DNA of 64,000 nt, from the IMG/VR virus record IMGVR_UViG_3300029705_000021; one strand, 5' to 3'. This DNA comes from a virus (taxonomy: Duplodnaviria > Caudoviricetes). Each line of letters opens with the position of its first letter. The stretch's first letter is position 1. This document shows positions 52,201-61,452 of the stretch, piece after piece. A program made the translations under genes and the position numbers. The notes below the pieces were generated by a model. It had not been told where the DNA came from. It did no database searches and saw only the letters and a program-made list of their open reading frames with translations.

Positions 52201-53807
52201 TCCTAATATTATTGCTTTAGAACGATATATAAATATGAAAACATCAATATTACATAAATGTCTTATTCATGATGTTGAATGGAATACTACACCTGATGTT
52301 GTTATGCAGGGATGTGGTTGCAAAAAATGTAAAAGTGAAAAGTTAAGGAATCAACATCTTAAAAATAATGAACAATATTTAAAAGATTTAAAAAAGGTAA
52401 ATCTAAATATTGCTGTTTTAGATAATTATATTGATTCAAAAACTCCAATTTTACATAAATGTTTAGTAGATGAACATGAATGGTATAGTACTCCAACAAA
52501 TATATTATCTGGATACGGATGTCCAAAATGTAATGAAAGTAAAGGAGAGAAACAAATTCGTTTGTGGCTTAACAGTCATAATGTCAAATATGAATCACAA
52601 AAAATATTTGATGATTGTCGTGATATTAAACCTCTTCCATTTGATTTTTATTTATTAGAATATAATTTATGTATTGAATATGATGGAATACAACATTTTG
52701 AACCAATAAAACGTTTTGGAGGACAAGAATATTTTGAATATACAGTTCAGCATGACAACATAAAAAATGAATATTGTAAAAATAATGGTATATCACTTCT
52801 TCGTATACCTTATTTTAAAAATGTAGAAGAAGAATTAAACAATTTTTTATTTATTTAATATAGTAACATTATGGTTATACGATTATGAGCGTACAATCTC
52901 AGAAAAGACTAAAAATATTGCATCTATCCAAAAGCAATTAGCAGCATATGAAGGAGATAATTCAGAGGAAACTAAGGCTAAGATACAGCAATTACGCTTA
53001 GAACTTGAAAATGCTGAGGCAGACTTGGAAGAGACAGAATATGAACGCTATTTACAAGATCAAAATGAGATGCTTGATAAATTGTATGAAGATGCAGAAA
53101 ACTGGTTAAACCAAAGATTAGATAATCTTGACGGATTATTGCTTGATATTATTAAAGCTACTAATGAAAATAGTGCAGATATAGCAAAAACATTGGGTAC
53201 AATAGCCGAGAAGTTTGGTTATGATATTTCTGATGATTTAGAAGATATATTTAAAAATAAAGGAGATGCAGTAAGTTATTATGACGATGGATTTACTGAC
53301 AATCAAGCAAATACTTTAGGTGTTATTGAAGAGATTAGAGATTTTGTCAAAGCTATGGTTGCTAATAGTAATTCTGAAGCAGGAGTAAATCTTAGAGCTA
53401 ATAATTTTGCTACAGGTAGTTCATATATCTCAAGAAGACAGTTAGCATGGACACAAGAAGACGGTCAAGAGTTAATTTATCGTTCAAGTGACGGAGCGAT
53501 ATTAACACCATTAGGAAAAGGTGATATGGTATTTACATCAGATATGTCAAGGATATTATGGGAGATTGCTCAAAATCCAAGTTTACTTGATGGAATTACT
53601 ACAACTGCCACAGCTATTCCAAGAGGTATTATTAATAATGGTTCTAATAATATTCAGAATGATGTTACAATAAGTGTATCATTACCTGGTGTAACTAATT
53701 ATGAAGAATTTAGAGACAAGATTATTGTAGACAAGAAGATTGAAAAATCTTTTAAAACTATGCTTGATCCATTAAACAATAATAGCTTAAATAAATTTAG
53801 ATATTAA
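37284..53807 (+). CDS. Giant tape measure protein, spliced join(37284..46139,~47460..51458,52875..53807), about 4,600 aa
   Basis: TMP core EFDAAMTELQKVS...DKFNEIGNNYAITS from ~45070; three coiled-coil ORFs separated by two group I intron-like inserts; C-terminal FATG...EDGQE motif; start of exon 2 uncertain. Confidence 0.8.
46140..47459 (+). ncRNA. Divergent ORF-less group I intron in tape measure gene (3' end tentative)
   Basis: P1 CGGTGGT/GCCACCG with U-G at codon boundary; P4 TGCGCATT/AATGCGCA; P7 C-A-GAGTGTA/TGCACTC-G; P8 GTGGATAG/CTATTCAT. Confidence 0.65.
47085..47150. repeat. AT-only tandem repeat (AAATAAATATAT-like units)
   Basis: About five degenerate copies within the intron 3' insertion. 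Confidence 0.6.
51663..51691 (+). promoter_or_regulatory. Intron-internal SigA-type promoter for the endonuclease
   Basis: TTGACA-17 bp-TAAAAT; upstream block nearly identical to 5285..5325. Confidence 0.65.
51950..52858 (+). CDS. Intron-encoded homing endonuclease (three Zn-ribbon repeats plus Vsr/DUF559-like domain)
   Basis: 3x ILHxCLxH...GxGCxKC repeats; SKGE, LPFDFYL, IEYDGIQH, LLRIPY. Confidence 0.85.
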   Translation: MKKKTHEEYVVELAVKNPNVEVVEEYIDSRTKILHRCLIHNIYWSAIPCNVLKGCGCSKCGKDKISNELVKTHSEYVNELRIINPNIIALERYINMKTSILHKCLIHDVEWNTTPDVVMQGCGCKKCKSEKLRNQHLKNNEQYLKDLKKVNLNIAVLDNYIDSKTPILHKCLVDEHEWYSTPTNILSGYGCPKCNESKGEKQIRLWLNSHNVKYESQKIFDDCRDIKPLPFDFYLLEYNLCIEYDGIQHFEPIKRFGGQEYFEYTVQHDNIKNEYCKNNGISLLRIPYFKNVEEELNNFLFI

Positions 53808-53837
53808 ATTTATATACTAAATTTAGATTACAAATAA

Positions 53838-53871
53838 AGAAGAGTTAGGGCTTATGCTCTACTCTTCTTTC
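53838..53871 (+). terminator. Intrinsic terminator after tape measure
   Basis: GAAGAGT-TAGGGC/GCTCTA-CTCTTC then TTT. Confidence 0.55.
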
Positions 53872-53898
53872 ATATATGTAGATATGAGGTAAGGCAAA

Positions 53899-54204
53899 AT
53901 GAATAAAGATAAAAAGATACAAATACAAGAAAAAATAATTAAAGACTTACGAGAAGAAAATAGCAAGTTAGAAAACGAGTTAAAATCATGTAGACGTGAA
54001 AATGATAGATGTAAGGAATTAATTGATGTATTAGAAAATAAAAAAACTGAATATGAGAAACTTATTGAAGATTTAAAAAGTATTCAGGTAGATTATAGAG
54101 AAAAGATAAAAGAACTTAGTGATATTAAGAAGCAGTATTCTAAGGAAATGAAATCTGTAATCAAAGATATTAAGAGTTCTGCAAAAGATGTAATTAAGGC
54201 ATAG
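53899..54204 (+). CDS. Coiled-coil hypothetical protein
   Basis: 101-aa heptad-rich ORF with RBS. Confidence 0.65.
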   Translation: MNKDKKIQIQEKIIKDLREENSKLENELKSCRRENDRCKELIDVLENKKTEYEKLIEDLKSIQVDYREKIKELSDIKKQYSKEMKSVIKDIKSSAKDVIKA

Positions 54205-54247
54205 AACTTTTAATATGGTTAGAAATGAAAGATGAATAAAGAAAGAG

Positions 54248-55108
54248 GTGAGAAAGGTGTATTGTAAAGATTTTGAATATGATGGTCAGAGATTGTCTGA
54301 TTTTGGAGGAGTTGTATGTCATATTACAGAAGACGGAGGCGTTTCGGCAATAAATATCGGGAGTCAGATAACATTTAATACGTTACCGATGACAGGATTA
54401 AATAAATTTAAATTAATGTCAACACAATATAGTGAAGCATATACTACCACTTTCGAAGTTTGTAAATTAAATTGTAGAGATTTAGAGGATAATTTCTTTA
54501 CTCAGGAAGAAATATCTTATTTTATGAGATGGTTAAATAAAAAAAGATTTAAAAAATTTAAAATGATTTATGAAGATGGAGAATTAGCTAAAGTATATTA
54601 TAAAGCATCGTTTAATGTTAATCCTATTACATATTATGGAGATATCATTGGATTACAGTTAACATTACAGACAGATGCTCCATTTGCATATTATGATGAA
54701 ATTGAGCATGTAATGGAATTTACTGAAGAGAATTTAGATCATTCATTCTTTGATACATCAGATGAAATTGGATATATATACCCTTCTTCTATGATTATAG
54801 AAATATTAGGCGATGGAGATTTTGAAATGGTTAATTCTCAAGAAGAAAATCGAATCACATCTATAAAGAATTGTGTAAATGGAGAAATTATTACCTTAAT
54901 TGAAAATAAGACTATTTCTTCATCTGAAGTTCATAATGGATTATATAATGATTTTAATTATATATTTCCTAGAATAAGTAATGAGAATGAAGATATATAT
55001 AAAATCGGTTGTGCTATTGATAATATGGAAAATATTTTTACAGTTAATATGCCATGTAAAATTACTTTTGTCTACTCTCCTATTTGTAAAATGGGTATTG
55101 TTGTATAG
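54248..55108 (+). CDS. Distal tail (Dit-like) protein
   Basis: DFEYDGQRLSDFG start, RWL, DAPFAY motifs; follows tape measure. Confidence 0.7.
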   Translation: MRKVYCKDFEYDGQRLSDFGGVVCHITEDGGVSAINIGSQITFNTLPMTGLNKFKLMSTQYSEAYTTTFEVCKLNCRDLEDNFFTQEEISYFMRWLNKKRFKKFKMIYEDGELAKVYYKASFNVNPITYYGDIIGLQLTLQTDAPFAYYDEIEHVMEFTEENLDHSFFDTSDEIGYIYPSSMIIEILGDGDFEMVNSQEENRITSIKNCVNGEIITLIENKTISSSEVHNGLYNDFNYIFPRISNENEDIYKIGCAIDNMENIFTVNMPCKITFVYSPICKMGIVV

Positions 55109-55119
55109 GAGGTTAAGTT

Positions 55120-58100
55120 ATGGGATTTAATGCAAATGTATTAAAATTTGATAAGAATAATAATGTGGAAGATTTTACATTCATATTATCTACAAAGAGC
55201 TATAAGCATATAGGAAAACTTAACAATATTAAAAGAGATACTATTCATTTTAAGAATAATTTAAATAGTGCAAAAGAAATATCTTTTGAAATATATAAGG
55301 AAATTGACGGACAAGTTGAGAGACATTGGGACAAAATTGTAGATTTAAAATCTGTATATGTTAAGGAAGTAGGGGAATATTTTCAAATAAAAGTCACTTA
55401 TGATGATAAACTTGATGAAGTCAAAACGATCACTGGTACTTCTTTATGTGAAGCTGAATTAAGTCAGACTAATATTCATGAGACAGAAATAAATACAGAC
55501 GCTGATATTGCAAGAGATGATTATGTAATAACAACTTTTTATAATGAAGATAATCCTAAAGCTAGTTTGCTACATAGAGTATTAAGCAAAGTACCACATT
55601 ATACTATTAGGTATGTAGATGATAGTTTAAAGAAATTGCAACGAAGCTTTAGTATTAATGGCACTTCTGTTTATGATTTTTTAACTGGAGAATGTGCAGA
55701 GCAGTTCAATTGCTTATTTGTATTTTATAGCATGGATCGAAGTATTGCAGTTTATGATTTATATACTGTATGTAATGAATGTGGTTATAGAGGTTATTAT
55801 AATGATATATGTCCTGAATGTGGAAGTAATTTTCTAAATTATTTTGGAGAAGATACTTCTATTTTTGTGAATAAAGAAAATTTGACAGAAAATGTACAAT
55901 TAGATATTGATGTAGATTCTATCAAGAATTGTTTTAGATTATCTGCTGGTGATGATATGATGACCGCAACTATTGTTGATTTAAATCAAAATGGTACACC
56001 TTACATGTATTATATATCAGAAGAACAGAAAGCAGATATGTCTGCTGAATTAGTTAAAAAGATTAATGATTATGATGAGGAATATGCGAGTTATTCTGAA
56101 GAATATCAACAGTTACTTCAAGATATTTGGGATGTAACAGATGATATTTTATATTATGAATCTGGAATGATGCCAGGAGATAGTTCTGATAGTGAAGATA
56201 GTGAAAATGCAGGAAACGATCAAAACAATACAGAATCTATGGCTGAACAAGAAGCTGCAAAATTAACTATTGAAAACTTATCTCCTCTTGGATTAACAAG
56301 TGTTACAGAATCTACTTCTGTATCTACTGTAAATAGCGCACTTGAAAGTTATGCAAGAGTTTTTGTAAAGACTGGTTATGTAAAAGTCAAAGTATCAGAA
56401 AGTAAATTTACATATAGTGGTAAAAATTCTGAAGGTTTTGGATATGGTAAATGGGTTGGAAAATTTAAGGTTACTAATTATAGTGACGAAGAAGATGTAG
56501 CTTACTCTTCTGCTCTTATCATTGATGTGCATGAAAATAATGAAGAGTTTATTAAGCAAAAAGTAATGAAGGATATTGCTATTAATGAAGATGAATATTC
56601 AGTATTTGATGTTTTGGAAATTGATAATTTAGATTTATTTCAAGATGCATTAACGAAATATTGTATGAGTAGATTAGATTCATTTAAAGATGCTATAAAT
56701 ACTGCTTTAGAATGTCTTATGGCAGAAGGTCAAGGTACTGAAGACGCAGAATTATATGAATCAATTTATGTGCCTTATTATGAGAAACTTAAATTATGTG
56801 AGGCAGAAATTGATGTAAGAAAGGCACAAATTGATGAATTAAAGGTAAAGGAATCAACTTTAAATGCTAGAAAATCAGAAATACATAAAGCATTAAACTT
56901 TGAGAATTATCTTGGAGAAGAATTATATAATGAGTTCTGTGCATATAGACGTGAAAGTGAATATAGTAACACAAATTATGTTTCTGATGGTATGAACAAT
57001 ACTCAAATCATTGAACATGCAAGAGACTTCTTAGAAACAGCAAAAAAAGAATTGATTAAATCTGCGACCAGACAGAAAAGTATTTCTACAAATTTATATA
57101 ATCTTCTTGCGATGGAAGAATTTAAGCCTCTTGTAGAAAAATTCGCATTAGGTAATTTTATTCGTGTTCAAGCAGGGAATGATATATATAGATTAAGATT
57201 AGTTAGTTATGAGATTAATTTTTCAGATCTTAACACTATAGCTGTAGAATTTAGTGATATGACTCAAACAGCTGATGGAATGAATGATGTTACAAATATT
57301 CTTAAATCAGCACAGTCTATGTCAAGTTCATATTCATATGTTTCAAAACAAGCTGAAAAAGGTGAAATAGCCAATACTGCTTTTGAGGATATGTATAAGG
57401 AAGGTATAAATAGTGCTCTTTATCAAATAAAAAATAATGTTAATGAAGAGGTTATTATTGATAAAGGTGGTATTCTTGGACGAGCATGGGATGATATTTT
57501 AAATGATTATAGTCCTGAACAAGTAAGAATTACGCATAATATTTTAGCTTTTACTAATGATGGGTGGAGAAGTGTTGAGACGGCATTAGGTAAACATGGA
57601 TATTATAAATTTGTAAATGGCAAATTAGTAAGAAGTCTTGCGTATGGACTTACTGCAAATTTTATAACAGCTGGATATATTAATGGTTCACAGATAATAG
57701 GTGGAGAAATATATTCTCATAATTACACCTCTACTTCTGGAACTTATATGGATTTAAATAATGGAGATTTTTCATTAGCAGGTGGAAATATTAAATATGA
57801 TTCAGAGACTAATGATCTAACCTTAAAAGGTGTAACAATTGAATGGACTACTACTAATTCTCCTGAAATAACAGATATTAGTGGATTAAAAGAGTATTTA
57901 ATGCAATTAGATGGAAGAATTCAAACTTATAGCCAAGATACTGATCCAAGTGTAAATTGGACTGATGAAGAAAAGAGTGTGCATATAGGAGACCTTTGGT
58001 TTGACACAGAGAATAATTTAACAAAAAGATGGAATGGTTCTTCTTGGGATACAATTACAGATAGTGAATTAAAAGAGTTAGCTCAGAGTAAAGCACAGAT

Positions 58101-60615
58101 ATTTACTGCTACTCCTACTGTTCCTTATTATGTAGGAGATTTGTGGGTTCAAGGTTCTGATGGGGATATTTTAAATTGTATTGTTACAAGAACAAGTGGA
58201 TCATATACTGCAAGTGATTGGGAAAAATCAAGTAAATATACAGATGATAGTGCTCTACAAAATTTTATCAGTGGAGAATATTCTGATGACTTAAAAAATA
58301 TTAGTACACAGATTGATGGTAAAGCTCGTGCATGGTATCAGGATACTGACCCAAGTTTAACTTGGGATAAAAACGAAGACCACGAGGGTGATTTATGGTA
58401 TGATACTGATGCTGATTCTCAAGTTACTTTTATTTATAATAATGGCGCATGGAGAGCTACGTCTGTACCTAAAGAAATATTTGATACAATTGATGGAATT
58501 GCTTCTATTTATGTAACATTACCTTCCAATCCACAGATAGGAGATTTATTAATCCCTACAAGTGATATAGGCACAACTTATAAAGCTGGAAAAGTTTATA
58601 AATATAATGGAACTACATGGGTAGAAATAGCTTATACAGATGATACTCTTGCACAAGAAGCGTTAGATGCTGCAAGACAAGGTATTGAGGATGCAGCTAA
58701 TGGTATTAGTTTAGCAAATAAGGCTCAAATTTCTGCTGACAATGCGCAGACATCTGCGAATAACGCACAGACTCGTGCAGAAAATGCAGAAACAAATGCT
58801 AAAGAATATGCCGATGCTCAAGATAAAACTTTGTCTGAAACTCTTACTGAAAATTATAAAAAATATGCTGATACACAAGATAAATCATTATCAGAAGCTC
58901 TCACTGAAGCCTATACTAAATATACAGATAGTGAAATTAGTGAATTTGATAAGCAGGTAGCTAATTACTTTGGTTTAGGTGGAGGAACAATAATTGGAGA
59001 GAATTATGTTATATCTCCTATTATTGAAGGTGGTTATCTTAATATAACTAATACAGACAATAATAGTCGTGTAATAATTGACCCTAATAATCTAACAGGA
59101 AATGGTTATGTATTCCAAGTACATAATGGTTCTGAGGTTAGTGTAGGTATTAAGTCAGATGGCACTACTAACATCAATGGTCATATTTATGCAAAATCAT
59201 TGACTCTTGGTGATGGTGTTGCAATATCTTCAAGTAATATATCAGGATTAGCTCCCGTAGCTAAAAGTGGTAGTTATTTTGATTTAAGTGGTACTCCTAC
59301 TATTCCAACTTCTGTGTCAGACTTAGGCTTAGATGCTTCCACTATTCTTTATAAGGGTGATATTACACAGACCTCAAAAACAGATTCTAATGGTAATCAA
59401 TATGTTGAAACTTCAGTGCCTTTATCAGACGGAACAAACATTACTTATTCTACTTATAATGCAGAAGATTATATTGTTTTTGGTAGGAGTAAAGGTACAA
59501 ATAGTGAAGGTAATAATTATGTTTGTGTTAGTACAGATGGATTGCTTACAGCAAGAAATGCACTAATATATGGTACAGTATATGCTACTGATGGTGAGTT
59601 TAGTGGAAAGGTCACTGCAAAAGAAGGTAGTATTACTGGCAATCTAAATCTTGGTGGTTCGTTAACAAATACTGCAAATGGATATACAGTAACTTTAAGA
59701 GGTGTTCAATCTAATGCTGCTCACGGAATATTTTATATCTATGATACTTCTAAGGCTAATACTGATAATACAGCTTATCCATTCAGAGTAAATGGTGATG
59801 GTAGTTTTTCTGCAACTAAAGCCACATTATCAGGTGGAACAATAGGTGATTGGACTATAGCTTCTACATATATTGGTGCTTCAAAAGATGGAGTTGGAAG
59901 TATATATTTAGCAAGTCCTAGTGATAATTCAGATTATTGGATTAGAACACATAACGCTGCTGGCGGTGGAGGAACGAGAACATTTTCAGTATCTAAGACT
60001 GGCAAGTTATATGCAACAGGTGTAGATATTAGTGGTACTATAACAGCAGAATATGGTTCGATTGGTGGTATATCCATCGGCACACAAGGTCTTTCTTATT
60101 CTGGTGCATCTGCTGGCGATGGATTTGCTCTTTGGAGAAATGGTATACATTCACATAATAATAGTTATATCATTTTTCATGCAGGTGGTAATAACTCTAA
60201 TATTGGTGGTGCTCCATTTAGAGTTTATCAAAATGGAAATCTTGTTGCGAACAATATCACTTCTTCTTCTGCTACTATAACAGGTGGTAGTTTTAAAGTT
60301 GCAGGTAGTAGTTCATCTGATACAAGAGTTCAAGTAAGTTATAATAATCAATATTTTGCTAGTTTAGCATCATATGGTTTGTATTTTACTAGTAATAATG
60401 GACAAGGTTGTGATGCTTCTCTAAGTAGAAATGGCTTAGTTGTAAAAGACACAACTATAGATGCAAATGGTAATATAATTGCAGGGAAAGTTGCTATATA
60501 TCCTAATGGAGTAAGTACAACAGGTGGAACTTGTTATATTATAGTTGGTTATGGTAATTCAACATTCGCAGGATGTACTATAAGTGGTTGGAAGACAGGA
60601 TTAAGTCTTACATAA
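55120..60615 (+). CDS. Tail tip/spike (Tal-like) protein with fibre extension
   Basis: 1831 aa after Dit; repeated GDLW(F/V/Y) modules, Gly-rich beta C-terminus. Confidence 0.75.
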   Translation: MGFNANVLKFDKNNNVEDFTFILSTKSYKHIGKLNNIKRDTIHFKNNLNSAKEISFEIYKEIDGQVERHWDKIVDLKSVYVKEVGEYFQIKVTYDDKLDEVKTITGTSLCEAELSQTNIHETEINTDADIARDDYVITTFYNEDNPKASLLHRVLSKVPHYTIRYVDDSLKKLQRSFSINGTSVYDFLTGECAEQFNCLFVFYSMDRSIAVYDLYTVCNECGYRGYYNDICPECGSNFLNYFGEDTSIFVNKENLTENVQLDIDVDSIKNCFRLSAGDDMMTATIVDLNQNGTPYMYYISEEQKADMSAELVKKINDYDEEYASYSEEYQQLLQDIWDVTDDILYYESGMMPGDSSDSEDSENAGNDQNNTESMAEQEAAKLTIENLSPLGLTSVTESTSVSTVNSALESYARVFVKTGYVKVKVSESKFTYSGKNSEGFGYGKWVGKFKVTNYSDEEDVAYSSALIIDVHENNEEFIKQKVMKDIAINEDEYSVFDVLEIDNLDLFQDALTKYCMSRLDSFKDAINTALECLMAEGQGTEDAELYESIYVPYYEKLKLCEAEIDVRKAQIDELKVKESTLNARKSEIHKALNFENYLGEELYNEFCAYRRESEYSNTNYVSDGMNNTQIIEHARDFLETAKKELIKSATRQKSISTNLYNLLAMEEFKPLVEKFALGNFIRVQAGNDIYRLRLVSYEINFSDLNTIAVEFSDMTQTADGMNDVTNILKSAQSMSSSYSYVSKQAEKGEIANTAFEDMYKEGINSALYQIKNNVNEEVIIDKGGILGRAWDDILNDYSPEQVRITHNILAFTNDGWRSVETALGKHGYYKFVNGKLVRSLAYGLTANFITAGYINGSQIIGGEIYSHNYTSTSGTYMDLNNGDFSLAGGNIKYDSETNDLTLKGVTIEWTTTNSPEITDISGLKEYLMQLDGRIQTYSQDTDPSVNWTDEEKSVHIGDLWFDTENNLTKRWNGSSWDTITDSELKELAQSKAQIFTATPTVPYYVGDLWVQGSDGDILNCIVTRTSGSYTASDWEKSSKYTDDSALQNFISGEYSDDLKNISTQIDGKARAWYQDTDPSLTWDKNEDHEGDLWYDTDADSQVTFIYNNGAWRATSVPKEIFDTIDGIASIYVTLPSNPQIGDLLIPTSDIGTTYKAGKVYKYNGTTWVEIAYTDDTLAQEALDAARQGIEDAANGISLANKAQISADNAQTSANNAQTRAENAETNAKEYADAQDKTLSETLTENYKKYADTQDKSLSEALTEAYTKYTDSEISEFDKQVANYFGLGGGTIIGENYVISPIIEGGYLNITNTDNNSRVIIDPNNLTGNGYVFQVHNGSEVSVGIKSDGTTNINGHIYAKSLTLGDGVAISSSNISGLAPVAKSGSYFDLSGTPTIPTSVSDLGLDASTILYKGDITQTSKTDSNGNQYVETSVPLSDGTNITYSTYNAEDYIVFGRSKGTNSEGNNYVCVSTDGLLTARNALIYGTVYATDGEFSGKVTAKEGSITGNLNLGGSLTNTANGYTVTLRGVQSNAAHGIFYIYDTSKANTDNTAYPFRVNGDGSFSATKATLSGGTIGDWTIASTYIGASKDGVGSIYLASPSDNSDYWIRTHNAAGGGGTRTFSVSKTGKLYATGVDISGTITAEYGSIGGISIGTQGLSYSGASAGDGFALWRNGIHSHNNSYIIFHAGGNNSNIGGAPFRVYQNGNLVANNITSSSATITGGSFKVAGSSSSDTRVQVSYNNQYFASLASYGLYFTSNNGQGCDASLSRNGLVVKDTTIDANGNIIAGKVAIYPNGVSTTGGTCYIIVGYGNSTFAGCTISGWKTGLSLT

Positions 60616-60649
60616 TAATTACACGATGTAAAAGGAGTTAAAGGAAAAA

Positions 60650-60895
60650 ATGGAAAACACAACAAATAAAATAAACAAACCTATATCAATGGTTTTAGAA
60701 GAATCAAAGCAGATAATAGTTAATGCTATAAACAGTGTTAACTTATCTCCTATTTTCTTAGAACCAATTTTAAAGGAATTATATAATGAAGTATATCAAC
60801 AGAAAACTATTCAGTATGAACGTGAAAAGGCTGAATATGAAAAAATGTTGATGGAACAACAGAATAAACAGAATGAAGAGCTTGCTGAAAAGTAG
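60650..60895 (+). CDS. Hypothetical helical protein
   Basis: 81-aa ORF with RBS. Confidence 0.65.
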   Translation: MENTTNKINKPISMVLEESKQIIVNAINSVNLSPIFLEPILKELYNEVYQQKTIQYEREKAEYEKMLMEQQNKQNEELAEK

Positions 60896-60925
60896 GCTCT
60901 TTGTTATTTAAAGAAAGGAGACGTT

Positions 60926-61402
60926 ATGGGATTAGAAACAATCACAAAACATATCATCCTTGATATATCAGTAAATAAATATGTTTCTGTTTTAGTAAAG
61001 CAATATGATATTAATGTTCGTGAAATTATCGCAAAGATAACAGATAATGGTAAGCCTTATCCTATTGATAGTACAATCGAGCCTCGAATTAAATGCTTAA
61101 AAGAAGATAAAAAGAAAGTGTTTAATGATTGTGTTGTGCTTGACAATGGAGATATTAAGATTGATGTCACTGAACAAATGACAATTTGTGATGGTATCCA
61201 TGAATGTGAGTTAGTTTTGTTTGATATACAACAGCAAAGTGTGTTACATACAATGAATTTCTACATTCATGTTAGAAAAGCTCCATATTCGGATAGTGAT
61301 ATTGCGTCTGAAAATGAATTTATAGCTTTAGAAAATGCTTTACTAAAAATAGATGGTATAAAACGAATAACAGAAAGTGAGATTGACGCTTTGTTTAGTT
61401 AA
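60926..61402 (+). CDS. BppU-family baseplate upper protein
   Basis: VKQYDINVR..ITDNGKPY...GIHECEL N-domain; ends ITESEIDALF. Confidence 0.75.
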   Translation: MGLETITKHIILDISVNKYVSVLVKQYDINVREIIAKITDNGKPYPIDSTIEPRIKCLKEDKKKVFNDCVVLDNGDIKIDVTEQMTICDGIHECELVLFDIQQQSVLHTMNFYIHVRKAPYSDSDIASENEFIALENALLKIDGIKRITESEIDALFS

Positions 61403-61452
61403 TCTCACTTTTATTAATTTACAAAAACAATATTTAAAGGAGGAATTTAATA

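Larger units (their letters stand above)
51459..52874 (+). mobile_element. Group I intron with homing endonuclease in tape measure gene
   Basis: P AATTGCTGGGAA, Q AATCAGCAGC, R GTTCAACGACCAT, S TGATATGGTCT; P1 GAT/GTC U-G; P10 GTATAA/TTATAC; excision gives AEKD-LYDYER in frame. Confidence 0.92.

Noticed and set aside
20574-53807. Stop-codon reassignment or frameshifting to explain split terminase and tape measure
   Set aside because: TAA and TAG end ordinary genes here, long ORFs are open in the standard code, and the breaks are explained by intron-sized inserts
11853-53870. Intergenic hairpins sharing GAAGAGT/ACTCTTC or GGAGAG/CTCTCC stems and NNAAT-like loops as antitermination boxes
   Set aside because: Similarity is loose and adequately explained by ordinary terminators
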